Source: an uncultured candidate division Zixibacteria bacterium
Lineage (GTDB): Bacteria; Zixibacteria; MSB-5A5; UBA10806; 4484-95
Direction: 5' to 3'
Assembly: GCA_963668625.2 (NCBI GenBank)
Contig: CAXXKA010000001.1
Location: 416,001 to 480,000 of the forward strand
DNA length: 64,000 bases
Shown here: positions 47,059 to 57,400 of the stretch, one piece after another
How the letters are laid out: each line of letters begins with the position of its first letter
Numbering within the stretch: the first letter of the stretch is position 1
Position numbers and translations under genes: made by a program
The notes under the pieces: model-generated
What the model saw: only the letters and a program-made list of their open reading frames with translations
Databases searched by the model: none
Told to the model about the DNA's origin: nothing

Positions 47059-48220
47059 AAGCTATGATGTCATAGTAATCGGCGGCGGCCCGGCTGGTTC
47101 GATGGCGGCCAGGTTTGCCGCGACGGGCGGGGCGAGTACCTTGCTGGTGGAAAAGCATCCGGTTATAGGCCAACCGCTGTGTTGTGGCGAGGCGATATCG
47201 ACTACCGGCCTCACTGATTTGGTGGAGTTAAAAGATAGCTGGATTAACTCGGTTATACATAAAGCTAAGATGTATGGCCCCGAGGGAGTGAAGGCCAAAA
47301 TACTTCACCCCAATGCCGGTTATGTACTGGACCGTAGAATATTCGATAATGATCTGGCAAAAATGGCTGAGGAGGCCGGCGCTGAGGTTCGAACCGAAGT
47401 CGATATAGTCGATCTGGTTTATGTTGATAATAAAATAACCGGAGTGAAAGCCATTTCAGATGGCAAGTCATTCGATATCGAGGCTAAGGTAGTAATTGCT
47501 GCCGATGGTGTGGAGTCGACTATCGCCAGGCGTGCCGGAATAGACAGCCATCTCAAACCAGCCGGGATACATTCGGCCTGTCAGTATCTGCTTGATGATC
47601 TTGAAATCGAGAAGGATACTATAGAATTCCATTTCGGCAATGATGTCGCTCCGGGCGGGTATGTCTGGGTATTCCCCAAAGGGCCGGATTCGGCCAATGT
47701 AGGACTGGGCATATGCCCGGCGAAATCATCAAAGGTAAACGCGCTATCGTATCTTAATAAGTTTATCGAATCGCGATTCGAGCGATATACGATAGTAAAG
47801 CGTATGACCGGCGGGGTGCCGACATACATGCCGGATATGCCTCTGTATAAAGATAATTTGCTCATTGTGGGGGATGCCGCCCGGCTTATCGATTCACTTA
47901 CGGGCGCCGGTATTGCGCTGGCATTGCTTTCGGGGAAGATAGCCGGGGAAACGGCCGCTTTGATGGTCGGTGATGGAATTTCTGGCAAGGCCTATGCCGA
48001 TGGGTTCAATGAGATTAAGCGTAAAGACTTGAAGTCTTACTATCACTTTAGGGAGATATTCTTGAAACTCACCGATAGCGATTTTATATCAATATTAAAA
48101 TTTACCGATGATTTATTCGGGGATAAGAAGGTGACGGCCATTAACCCTTTCGAGGTCGTGAAACAAATTTTACTGGCTCATCCCCGGTTATTGAAGATAG
48201 GCCGTCACTTGATATTTTAA
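47051..48220 (+). CDS. Geranylgeranyl reductase family (DGGGPL reductase-like) flavoprotein
   Basis: YDVIVIGGGPAGS, PLCCGEAI, YVLDRRIFD, IAADGVES, APGGYVWVFPKG...ANVGLG, VGDAA..IDSLTGAGI. Confidence 0.88.
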   Translation: MNKSYDVIVIGGGPAGSMAARFAATGGASTLLVEKHPVIGQPLCCGEAISTTGLTDLVELKDSWINSVIHKAKMYGPEGVKAKILHPNAGYVLDRRIFDNDLAKMAEEAGAEVRTEVDIVDLVYVDNKITGVKAISDGKSFDIEAKVVIAADGVESTIARRAGIDSHLKPAGIHSACQYLLDDLEIEKDTIEFHFGNDVAPGGYVWVFPKGPDSANVGLGICPAKSSKVNALSYLNKFIESRFERYTIVKRMTGGVPTYMPDMPLYKDNLLIVGDAARLIDSLTGAGIALALLSGKIAGETAALMVGDGISGKAYADGFNEIKRKDLKSYYHFREIFLKLTDSDFISILKFTDDLFGDKKVTAINPFEVVKQILLAHPRLLKIGRHLIF

Positions 48221-48465
48221 CTGGCTTTGGCTGCCAATTTAGCCATGCGCGATTTCAGCCTGGCCGCTTTATTTTTATGAATAACGCCCTTAGACTTAGA
48301 CTTATCGATTATGCTGTCAATGCCCTTGAGCTGTTCGGCCTGTTGCTGTTCGCCATCGCGGAAATCTTTAAGTGTTTTGCGAAGAACAGTTCTGGTGGCC
48401 CGGTTCCGAGTGCGGGACTTGGCAGCAGTCTTCATCCGCTTCATACACGATTTGTGCTGCGGCAA
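48217..48465 (-). CDS. rpsT: 30S ribosomal protein S20
   Basis: PQHKSCMKRMKT...RNR...IDKSKSKGVIHKNKAARLKSR; TTG start after RBS AAGGAG. Confidence 0.95.
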   Translation of the reverse strand: MPQHKSCMKRMKTAAKSRTRNRATRTVLRKTLKDFRDGEQQQAEQLKGIDSIIDKSKSKGVIHKNKAARLKSRMAKLAAKAS

Positions 48466-48529
48466 TGTGCGCTCCTTTCATCAATTTTAAACTTTTCTCA
48501 AGACCCGAAATATAATTATCAGGAAAAGA

Positions 48530-50095
48530 ATGTCAACTCAAATTAATACTCAACCCAAACGCGCCCGCGATAGTTTCTTGAAACGCTCGCTGCGATTCTC
48601 ATTCTCTACAGTTATATCTCGGCTGTTGGGACTGGTTCGGGAGCAGGTTTTTTCGCATTATTTCGGCGCCGGAGTAGTGGTGGACTCGTTTTTCGCCGCT
48701 TTCCGTATCCCCAACCTTCTACGTGAATTTTTCGCCGAGGGGGCTCTTTCGGCGGCTTATGTGCCTGTTTTTGCCGGTAAACTCAAGGAGGAGGGCAAAC
48801 AAAAAGCCTTTCTGCTGACATCGACGGTACTCTCCGTATTGCTCGTAATTCTTGGTATAGTAACGGTTTTTGGGATAATATTCGCGCCTTACCTGGTACG
48901 AATTATCGCTCCGGGATTTTCAGACACTCCCGGCCAGGTCGAACTAACGATCAGGCTGGCGCGTATCATGTTCCCGTTTTTGATATTCGTGGCTATGGCG
49001 GCCGCCGTTATGGGCACACTTAACTGTTTCGGCAAGTTTGGCTTGCCGGCATTGGCGCCGGTGGGATTTAATATCGGGCTGATCGTTGCCGGTCTGTTTT
49101 TTCGGGATTATTTCGATCCACCGATAGTGGTGATGGGCTGGGGCGCGATGGTCGGCGGGGCGCTTCAATTATTGATACAACTGCCGCAATTATACAAAAT
49201 CGGTTTCCGCTATAAATTCGTGTTCAGTTTCGCCGATGAGGCCGTGCGCAGAATTATCCGCTTGATGGGACCGGCCGCGCTGGGTGTGGCCGCCGCGCAG
49301 GTGAATATCGTTGTTGGCACGCTGTTGGCCTCGTTTCTGCAGACCGGTAGTATCTCGTATCTCAACTACGCTTTCCGGTTGATGCATCTCCCGCTGGGCG
49401 TCTTCGGCGTGGCCGTGGCGACAGTCTCGCTGCCCGAGCTTTCGGCATTGGCAGCCGATGGCAAGAAGGGCGAGCTTTTATCACGCTATATACGCTCCTC
49501 AAAAATGCAGCTAGCATTCCTATTGCCCTCGGCGCTGGCGCTTATAGTGGCCGCCCGCCCGATTTGTGCGCTGATATATCAGCATGGTAAATTCACCTGG
49601 ATAGATTCTGTCAACGCCGGTATGGCGCTTCAGGCATACGCCGCAGGGTTGATATTTTTCGGGCTGGTCAGGCTTTCGGCGCAAGTTTTTTACGCCTATA
49701 AAAATACGGCAACACCGGTGCGTATCGCGGCCATGTCGATGGTGATAAATATCATCTGTATGGCTTTGTTGATGAAACCGCTTGGGTTTGTCGGGCTGGC
49801 GTTATCGCCGGGTATCGCGGCGTTGTTTAATTTCAGCGTATTGTCGTTTAGTATCAGGAAACGTATAGACCGGCCGGATTACAGTTCGTTATTAGTTCAT
49901 TTTATCAAGGTATTAATTGCAGGGGTGCTCGGCGCGGGCACGATTTATCTTGTGCTGAATTATTTCGGTGATTATGGTGTATATAATGGTGTAGTATACA
50001 CGTTGTACCATCTGGGTGTGGCGTTTGTGGGAGGTGTGATTGTGTTTGGCGGTATTGGGTATTTGCTGGGGGTATTTGGAAGGAATAGGGACTAA
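48530..50095 (+). CDS. murJ: Lipid II flippase MurJ (MviN)
   Basis: SRLLGLVRE, DSFFAAFRIPNLLREFFAEGALSAAYVPVF, YLNYAFRLMHLPLGVFG, FYAYKNTATPV. Confidence 0.95.
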   Translation: MSTQINTQPKRARDSFLKRSLRFSFSTVISRLLGLVREQVFSHYFGAGVVVDSFFAAFRIPNLLREFFAEGALSAAYVPVFAGKLKEEGKQKAFLLTSTVLSVLLVILGIVTVFGIIFAPYLVRIIAPGFSDTPGQVELTIRLARIMFPFLIFVAMAAAVMGTLNCFGKFGLPALAPVGFNIGLIVAGLFFRDYFDPPIVVMGWGAMVGGALQLLIQLPQLYKIGFRYKFVFSFADEAVRRIIRLMGPAALGVAAAQVNIVVGTLLASFLQTGSISYLNYAFRLMHLPLGVFGVAVATVSLPELSALAADGKKGELLSRYIRSSKMQLAFLLPSALALIVAARPICALIYQHGKFTWIDSVNAGMALQAYAAGLIFFGLVRLSAQVFYAYKNTATPVRIAAMSMVINIICMALLMKPLGFVGLALSPGIAALFNFSVLSFSIRKRIDRPDYSSLLVHFIKVLIAGVLGAGTIYLVLNYFGDYGVYNGVVYTLYHLGVAFVGGVIVFGGIGYLLGVFGRNRD

Positions 50096-50132
50096 TATTA
50101 CATATCTAAATAGTTTAAGGGGTTAATATAGA

Positions 50133-50630
50133 ATGGAATTTAAGACAATCGATGAATTGGAAGAAATCGGTTTTAAAGGTTTCATCCAGGTTTCACAACT
50201 GATAAATAATAGTTGCTCTGAGGTGCCTGAGAGGAAAGGTGTTTACTTCGTTTTAAATCTTGATAAACAATGTGAATTTCTTCATAAAAGCGTAGGGGGA
50301 TGGCATAGTGGAAGAAACCCTACAGTTGATATTAAAGAATTACATAATAGCTGGGTAGATGATACAATTGTATTATATATTGGCAAGGCGGGCGGTGGGA
50401 ATACAAAGGCTACTTTAAAGAAACGATTGAAACAATATATGCGATTCGGGCAGGGTAAAAGCTCGCCTCACCATGGCGGTCGGTATATCTGGCAATTAAA
50501 GAACAATGGCGACTTAGTTGTAAGTTGGAAAGTACTATATGATGATGATCCCAAAGATATCGAGACTGGTTATATACTAGAGTTTAAACGGAAATATAGC
50601 AAATATCCTTTCGCAAATTTGCAGAAGTAG
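50133..50630 (+). CDS. Stand-alone GIY-YIG-like nuclease
   Basis: VPERKGVYFV ... VLYIGKA ... LKKRLKQY ... E ... YPFAN, the GIY/YIG/R/E/N order; AT-richer than the flanking genes. Confidence 0.6.
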   Translation: MEFKTIDELEEIGFKGFIQVSQLINNSCSEVPERKGVYFVLNLDKQCEFLHKSVGGWHSGRNPTVDIKELHNSWVDDTIVLYIGKAGGGNTKATLKKRLKQYMRFGQGKSSPHHGGRYIWQLKNNGDLVVSWKVLYDDDPKDIETGYILEFKRKYSKYPFANLQK

Positions 50631-50643
50631 ATAAAATAAACTG

Positions 50644-51633
50644 ATGCACAGAGTAGCCGTAATACAAACAGCCTTCCCGGGGGATGTCATCCTCTGTACA
50701 GCCATGTTCGAATCGTTGAAATCGGCAGGACATGAGACAGTCGGCGTGTTCCGTCCCGAGGTGGAGCCGCTGGTCTGTCATAACCCCCATATCGATCACG
50801 CGATATTCTACGATAAACGAGCGGGATTCGGTTCGTTCATGAGTACGCTATATCAGTTCCAGAAGCTCGAATGCGATGTTTCGCTTTCGGTGCAGCGTTA
50901 CTTGAAAAGCGTGCTACTGCCAATTTACGCCGGCATACACAGGCGGGTAGGATTCGATATCGCCGAGGTAGTTTTCCTCTACACCGATGAGATTCATTAT
51001 GATAATAAGAAACATGAAGTGGAACGCTGCCTGTCATTGTGCGAGGGGATATCACCGACGACAGGATTTTCGCCGTGTATATATATTGAGGATGATGAGT
51101 TGAAACAGGCGCGCGAGATATTGAATACTCAAAATGTAGATCCCGACAATTTCATAGCAATCGCCCCAGGATCTGTATGGGCCACCAAGCGTTGGATTGG
51201 ATTTGCAGAGCTGACGATTTTATTAAAAGATAGCTTCAATTGCGATATAGTCCTGTTAGGTTCGGGCAAGGATAGAGATACCTGTGAAAGTATAGCCTCT
51301 GATAATAAGGCAATCAACCTTGCCGGCAAAACCGATCTGTTGCAGTCCTCGGCAGTCATCAAGCTGGCGAAACTGGCCATTACCAACGATTCGGCTCCCG
51401 CGCATATAGCAGCCGCTGTCGAGACACCGGTGGTTACGATATTCGGGCCGACCGTACCCGCGTTCGGTTTCGCGCCTTATGCAACCGACTCGGTAGTAGT
51501 GGAAAACGAGGGCTTGTACTGCCGTCCCTGCAGCAAACATGGCCCGATGACTTGCCCCGAGGGGCATTTCAGATGTATGAACGAGATAGCATCAGAGCGG
51601 GTGTTACGAGCCTGCGAGAAACTGCTGAATTAG
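50644..51633 (+). CDS. waaF: Glycosyltransferase family 9 (LPS heptosyltransferase II-like)
   Basis: IQTAFPGDVIL, APGSVWATKRW, NLAGKTDL, TNDSAPAHIAAAVETPVVTIFGPT, CRPCSKHG..CPEGHFRCM. Confidence 0.85.
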   Translation: MHRVAVIQTAFPGDVILCTAMFESLKSAGHETVGVFRPEVEPLVCHNPHIDHAIFYDKRAGFGSFMSTLYQFQKLECDVSLSVQRYLKSVLLPIYAGIHRRVGFDIAEVVFLYTDEIHYDNKKHEVERCLSLCEGISPTTGFSPCIYIEDDELKQAREILNTQNVDPDNFIAIAPGSVWATKRWIGFAELTILLKDSFNCDIVLLGSGKDRDTCESIASDNKAINLAGKTDLLQSSAVIKLAKLAITNDSAPAHIAAAVETPVVTIFGPTVPAFGFAPYATDSVVVENEGLYCRPCSKHGPMTCPEGHFRCMNEIASERVLRACEKLLN

Positions 51634-51637
51634 TCCT

Positions 51638-51740
51638 GTCATTCCCGTGAAAGCGGGAATCTCTCAGTATGCCTCCGAAGTGAATCAATGAGATCCCCAT
51701 GCCGTAAGGCACCCCTTAGCAGGGTTTTCGTGGGGATGAT
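51638..51740. repeat. Composite palindromic repeat (GTCATTCCCG.GAAAGCGGGAATC family)
   Basis: GTCATTCCCGTGAAAGCGGGAATCTC ... GAGATCCCCA[tgccgtaaggcaccccttagcagggt]TTTCGTGGGGATGAT. Confidence 0.75.
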
Positions 51741-51754
51741 ATAGCAGATTCCTC

Positions 51755-51851
51755 CTGGTTCCAAAGCGCTGCTTTGGAACCTCGCCCGCACTGGCAGAAA
51801 AAAAGTTTCAGCCACATTCAACATCGTTACGAAGCGGCGCTTCGTAACGAG
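51755..51851. repeat. REP doublet
   Basis: CTGGTTCCAAAGCGCTGCTTTGGAACC ... CGTTACGAAGCGGCGCTTCGTAACGAG. Confidence 0.7.
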
Positions 51852-51863
51852 GGGGGGAGAGCA

Positions 51864-54146
51864 TCATTTCAGCCGCGTTTTCAATGCCTCTATAATAGTT
51901 TTTGCCTGTGTGAAATCGGGTTTTAGCTCGACCGCTTTTTCCAAATTGATAAGCGCATTTTGAAGATCACCGGTTTTTCCCAGTGTCATGGCATAGTTGT
52001 AATAGTAGACCGCGTTGCTGCTATCGATAGCCAGCGCGTGTTTGAAATGCTCGATAGCGTTTTCAAAATCACCACTTTGATCGCAGGCTAAGGCCAGATT
52101 GGCCAGGGCATCGGAATCCTCGGGCATCAGCCTAACCGCGTTCTGGAAATTAGCATAAGCGTCCTCGATATTGCCTTTTTGCGCGGCGATCAAACCGAGC
52201 TGATAGTAGCTCTTGCCGATTGTTCGCTCTCTATTGTAACCATAAGGCAGGGAGGAGCTGTATATTTCCGACAGGTCATACTCCGATACTATATCCAGTA
52301 AGCCTCCGGTCACGACCTCCTTGAAATAGCCCTGGGCGGTATTGATATCATCCTGATCGTATTTCAACATCCCATAGTAATACAATGCCGCCGGATTATC
52401 GGGAAACATATAGATAAACTCTTTTACGGCGGTTTCGATTCGAGAGCTGTCGGAGGTGGCATAAGAAGCCAGTATGCGGTTAATATATGCCTCCTTGAAA
52501 TTAGGATAATACTTGATTGCCGAATCCGCCCAGGCAATAGAGCTATCGTTATCATGCGCCAGTCGGGACAACAACGAGAGATTGTTATAGGCTTTAGCGT
52601 TCGGTCCGCAGTTGGAAATTTCATCGTTGAAATAACTCCGGGCCAGATCGGAGTCTTTCTGATAAAACGCGATAACCCCTAAATTCAAACAGGCGTTTGG
52701 TACGCAGTCGACATCTTTGATTGCCGTCAAGTACTCAGCTTTCGCGCCATCATAATTAGCTTTCCTCATTAACATATTGCCCAGAGAGTAATGCGCCATT
52801 GCCATCGATTTATCATGATGATCGTAGAAATTCGTCCAAGAGATAATTCCAACTAATAACACTGAAACGCCGATAGCGACCGCGCGCTTGATATTTGCCC
52901 GCTTGATTGCCAGATAAATTTCATGGATCGTGTACGAGGACATTATCGTAAGCAAGGGGATAAGCGGTATGCGGAATCGTCCGGTAACGAAAAACGCCAC
53001 GATAGTTGCCATGTAACCGAATATGATAAGCGGAAAAATCCAGTAGCGACGTTCTTTAAAAAAGCAAAGTATCGTACCCACCAAGCCCAGCGGCGAGATA
53101 ATAACGAACAGGAACATAGGGATAAACGATATACCGATATAACCGGTGAGAAAATATAAATTATTATTGTTCGATATCTCGAAATAATTCCAGAACATGT
53201 ATAATTTCTTGATAATCAGTTTAATGAAATGCCCGGGATGTTTAATAATATATTTAAAAGATTTATCGAAATAATAAGATGATACCTGAGATGGCTTTAC
53301 TTTATCGGGCTTTACACCCAGCGCACCGGCAGTCTCGTATTCGGCATCACTATACTGCCAGGTATGCCCGAAACCGGGTAATAGAGCGGTGTAACCATCG
53401 GCCTGCTCGTTATTACCGATATAAAAATTAACCCCGCCCTGACTGGCTACAATCACGAAATCATCGCCCACGGCAATATTGCGAACTGTGATTGGAACGA
53501 CGAATAAAAGCACGCCGAGCAAGAACATTATCGAGGTTTTTACTTTTGTTTTGTAATCGAACTCGAGCATAAACAGCCAGAATATGATAAGCGGGATCAC
53601 GGCCAGTATATTCGGGCGGGTTATGGCATACAGGCCGGTTACGATACCGGGCAGTATAAATACTATCAGTTTCTTTTTTCTATATGAATATTCCAGCGTA
53701 AGTATTAAAAGCAACATAAGAACCACGCATAAAAAATCCAGTAGTAGCTGCGATTCGAAATATATTAATATACCGTTTATAGAGACCAGGCCGGCCGCGA
53801 TATAGGCGATTGTCGGGTTGAAAAATCTTTTAGCTATGATATAAGTTAATGGAATGGCGGTTATTCCTATAAGATGTTGAATTAGGGTTACGGCCGTGAA
53901 ATTAACTCCGAATATTGCGTATTGCAGGCCCAGAAGTATAGGGTAGAGCGGCGCCCTGAAATATGGTCCGCCACCTAATATATCCCCGCCGGCTATTTGT
54001 AATGCCCAAATATGATGGTATAATGCATCGATTGTGGGCGAACCCCAGCCCGGCCAATTGGATTTTAGAGCTACTAAAAAGGCGATACGCAGAATTGCGG
54101 CTAAAATGGTAATCCCGGATACTATTAAAATTTCGCATCTTTTCAT
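51864..54146 (-). CDS. GT-C membrane glycosyltransferase (PMT_2/ArnT-like) with C-terminal TPRs
   Basis: PTIDALYHHIWA, YFRAPLYP, TRPNIL, PITVRN...SQGGVNFYIGNN, FFVTGRFRIP; about 11 TMs followed by multiple TPRs. Confidence 0.83.
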   Translation of the reverse strand: MKRCEILIVSGITILAAILRIAFLVALKSNWPGWGSPTIDALYHHIWALQIAGGDILGGGPYFRAPLYPILLGLQYAIFGVNFTAVTLIQHLIGITAIPLTYIIAKRFFNPTIAYIAAGLVSINGILIYFESQLLLDFLCVVLMLLLILTLEYSYRKKKLIVFILPGIVTGLYAITRPNILAVIPLIIFWLFMLEFDYKTKVKTSIMFLLGVLLFVVPITVRNIAVGDDFVIVASQGGVNFYIGNNEQADGYTALLPGFGHTWQYSDAEYETAGALGVKPDKVKPSQVSSYYFDKSFKYIIKHPGHFIKLIIKKLYMFWNYFEISNNNNLYFLTGYIGISFIPMFLFVIISPLGLVGTILCFFKERRYWIFPLIIFGYMATIVAFFVTGRFRIPLIPLLTIMSSYTIHEIYLAIKRANIKRAVAIGVSVLLVGIISWTNFYDHHDKSMAMAHYSLGNMLMRKANYDGAKAEYLTAIKDVDCVPNACLNLGVIAFYQKDSDLARSYFNDEISNCGPNAKAYNNLSLLSRLAHDNDSSIAWADSAIKYYPNFKEAYINRILASYATSDSSRIETAVKEFIYMFPDNPAALYYYGMLKYDQDDINTAQGYFKEVVTGGLLDIVSEYDLSEIYSSSLPYGYNRERTIGKSYYQLGLIAAQKGNIEDAYANFQNAVRLMPEDSDALANLALACDQSGDFENAIEHFKHALAIDSSNAVYYYNYAMTLGKTGDLQNALINLEKAVELKPDFTQAKTIIEALKTRLK

Positions 54147-54477
54147 GAAATACAATATATAACAAAAATATGAAAAAAAATGCAAAAAACCTGAATTAGG
54201 CTTCAAGTTATAAAGAATGCATATATAATGATAAAACAATAATTATCGTAAAAGAACCGCGAACCTGTTTATTTTGTTAGATTTAAGTAGTAAAACAGCA
54301 ATTCGTTGCTATTTACGAATTGTTAATTCATTTGCTAGGATAGCCGTTTTTGTCGGCATATATTTTGTGTTACATGGAGTTAAGATGATTTTTGCTTGTA
54401 TTTGGCAAAAAAAATGTTATTGTTATGTTACTTAAGAAGAAAATGAATAAAATCTAAATACTTTGAAGGGAGTAAAA

Positions 54478-57400
54478 ATGAGAACATGGTTAACAGTTGT
54501 GGCTCTGCTTTTAACGGTCTCGGCTGTGTCCGCAATGGACAATATCACCGCCCTTAGCGAGGTTCCGGTCAGTACGCTGGACAATGGGGCGTTGTATATC
54601 ACCGATAAGATCGTTGTAACCATGCAAGAGGGTACTAAACCACTTGAAATGAATAATATGGCCGCTGGATACGCCTCAACCGGCCATGAAAATATGGATA
54701 TGCTTTGTCAGAAATACAAAGTGATCAAAGTGGAACCCTGGTACGCTTATAAGGTCAGAAACGAACACCTTCGATCTCTTGTCGAAAGAATGTATATTTT
54801 TACGGTTGAAAGCGGTTTAGATGCTGCCGATGTTAAGGATTCATTCCTTTCTTGCTCGGATGTCGAGTATTCGGATCTGTATAAACTGCCGCTTTCCAGT
54901 TACATCCCGAATGACCCGTCCGTTAGCAGTCAATGGGCGCTCTCGGCTGTAAGCGCATTTAGCGCCTGGGATTTGATCCGGGGAGATACAACGGCTTCAG
55001 TCGTTATCTCGATTAACGATACCGGAGTTTATTGGACTCATGCCGATCTTTCGGCTAATATGTGGATTAACGGTCCTGAGGATTTGAACGATAATGGTGT
55101 ATTCGATAACTACCCTGAAAGTTCGGGTGGTGATTTGAATGAATATGATGATGATGGAAACGGCTTTGCTGATGACGTCGTCGGTTTCGATCTTGGACAG
55201 GGCGATGCCAATCCTCAGGAAATCACGCCCACTCACGGTACTCACGTAGCCGGATGCGCCTCTGAAGTAGCGGATAATGGTACCGGCGGAGCAGGAACTG
55301 GTTTCTGGGCGAGAATTCATGCCTGTAAAATCACCAATTCAGCCGGACAGTTGACCCAAGGTTACCAGGGTATGATATATGGCGCAGATACCGGCGTGGA
55401 TATTATCAACCTGTCCTGGGGTTCGCCCGGTTACAGTAGCGGTGAGCAGAATATTATCAATTACGTTTATGATATTGGCGTGACTGTAGTGGCCGCGGCC
55501 GGCAATGATGATAACTGGCCGATTCCTTTCACCAATTATCCCTCGGCTTACAACCACGTTTTAGCGGTTGCCTCAACCGATTCGGATGATCGTAAATCAA
55601 GTTTCTCGAACTATGGCACTTGGGTTGATATCTCGGCTCCCGGTTCGAATATCTATGCTACCTGGGCGCAAAATTCATACACCAGCCTTTCGGGTACCTC
55701 TATGTCTTCTCCGATAGCCGCTGGCGCCGCCGCCTTGGTTAAAGCTCAAAATCCCGATGCTACTCCCGATCAGGTCATGAATAGCCTTATTGGCTCTACG
55801 GATGATATCGACGATTTAAATCCATCTTATATTGGCTTGATAGGCACCGGCAGGTTGAATATGCATAGCGCTCTGGGCGCCCTTAACTATCCCAATATTG
55901 AAATCCTGGCGCATCAAGTTACTATTATCAATGATGACGGTGATGATATACTCAATCCCGGCGAGTCGGTGGAGCTGGCTGTCGTGATGCAGAATATCTG
56001 GCAGGATGCCACCAATACCGTGCTTACATTAAGAGCGCCTGATGGTATCACTGTTACCGATTCGATCACTAACCTGGGAACTTTTCCCGGTGACGGCGAG
56101 CAGATGGATAATAGTGCTGACCCATTCGCTTTGATGATTAACGACAATGCTGCACCGGGTGATTACGATTTGGTGATGCAAATTGTCGCTGATGGCCCCT
56201 ATGATATAAGCCGCGAAATAGTTTTAAGAGTTAGCCTGGTTATGGAGAATTTCCCGGTTACACTTTCAGGTGCAGTCGAATCCTCACCGATGATCTGCGA
56301 TTTCGATGGCGACGGTTTAAATGAGATAGTCGTAGGTTGTAATGATTCCAGGCTGTATGCTATCGAAGCTAACGGCGATATCTGCTCGGGATTCCCGTTC
56401 GAGGCCAGTGATGATATCAAAAACGGCGCGGCTGTTGCCGATATCGATCACGATGGCGATAGCGAAATCGTATTTGCTGCTGAGGACGGTATGTTGTATG
56501 CCATCGATCATACGGGCAATATCCTTTCCGGATTCCCGATTGATACCGACGGCTCGTTGTTTGGCTCGCCGAGCTTAGCCGATCTGGACGCCGATGGTGA
56601 TCTCGAGATTATCATCGCAAACCTTCAATCGAAAGAGATAAATATTTACGATCATGATGGCACCACTTTCGGCGAATGGCCATATACCTCCGATCAGGGT
56701 TGGTACGGTGGTGTCGCCCTGGGTGATATCGATGGTGATGACGCTCTGGAGATCGTGATTGCAGGTTTCGATATGAAACTGCATGTGTTTAACTCTGATA
56801 AAACCGAAGTAACCGGATTCCCGGTTGATCTGGATAACAGGGTATGGGGTACACCGGTAATCGGTAATCTCGATCCTTCCGATACTGAACTTGAGATTGT
56901 CACAGCCGCCTATTCCGGTTCCGTATATCTGATCAATCATGATGGTAGCGTTGCAGCTAACTTCCCGATAGATCTGGATCAAACCATAAAGACATCGCCC
57001 TCGCTTGGTGATTTTGATGGCGATAGCCATCCTGAAATCGCGATCGGGACAAATAGTGGCGATCTGTACTTGATAGATTCCGATGGTACTATATTCACTG
57101 GTTATCCGGTCGAATTAGAAAGCGGAATCAGCTCGTCGCCGGTGGTTGCCGATATTGATAATGACGGCAGTGCTGATGTCATAATCGGAAATGGCTCATC
57201 AACCCCCGCTATTTATGCTTTCGATTCTGCTGGTCAGGCGATTACCAATTTCCCGGTTCCGACTCAGGAAGTCGGCCAGATTAACGGTTCCCCGGCAATA
57301 TGGGATATTGATGCTGATGGCGATCTTGATATTGTGGTAGGTGTTACCAGTTCTGTGGGCAATCTTGAAGTTATCGATTATAAAACTAATGCGCATAATG

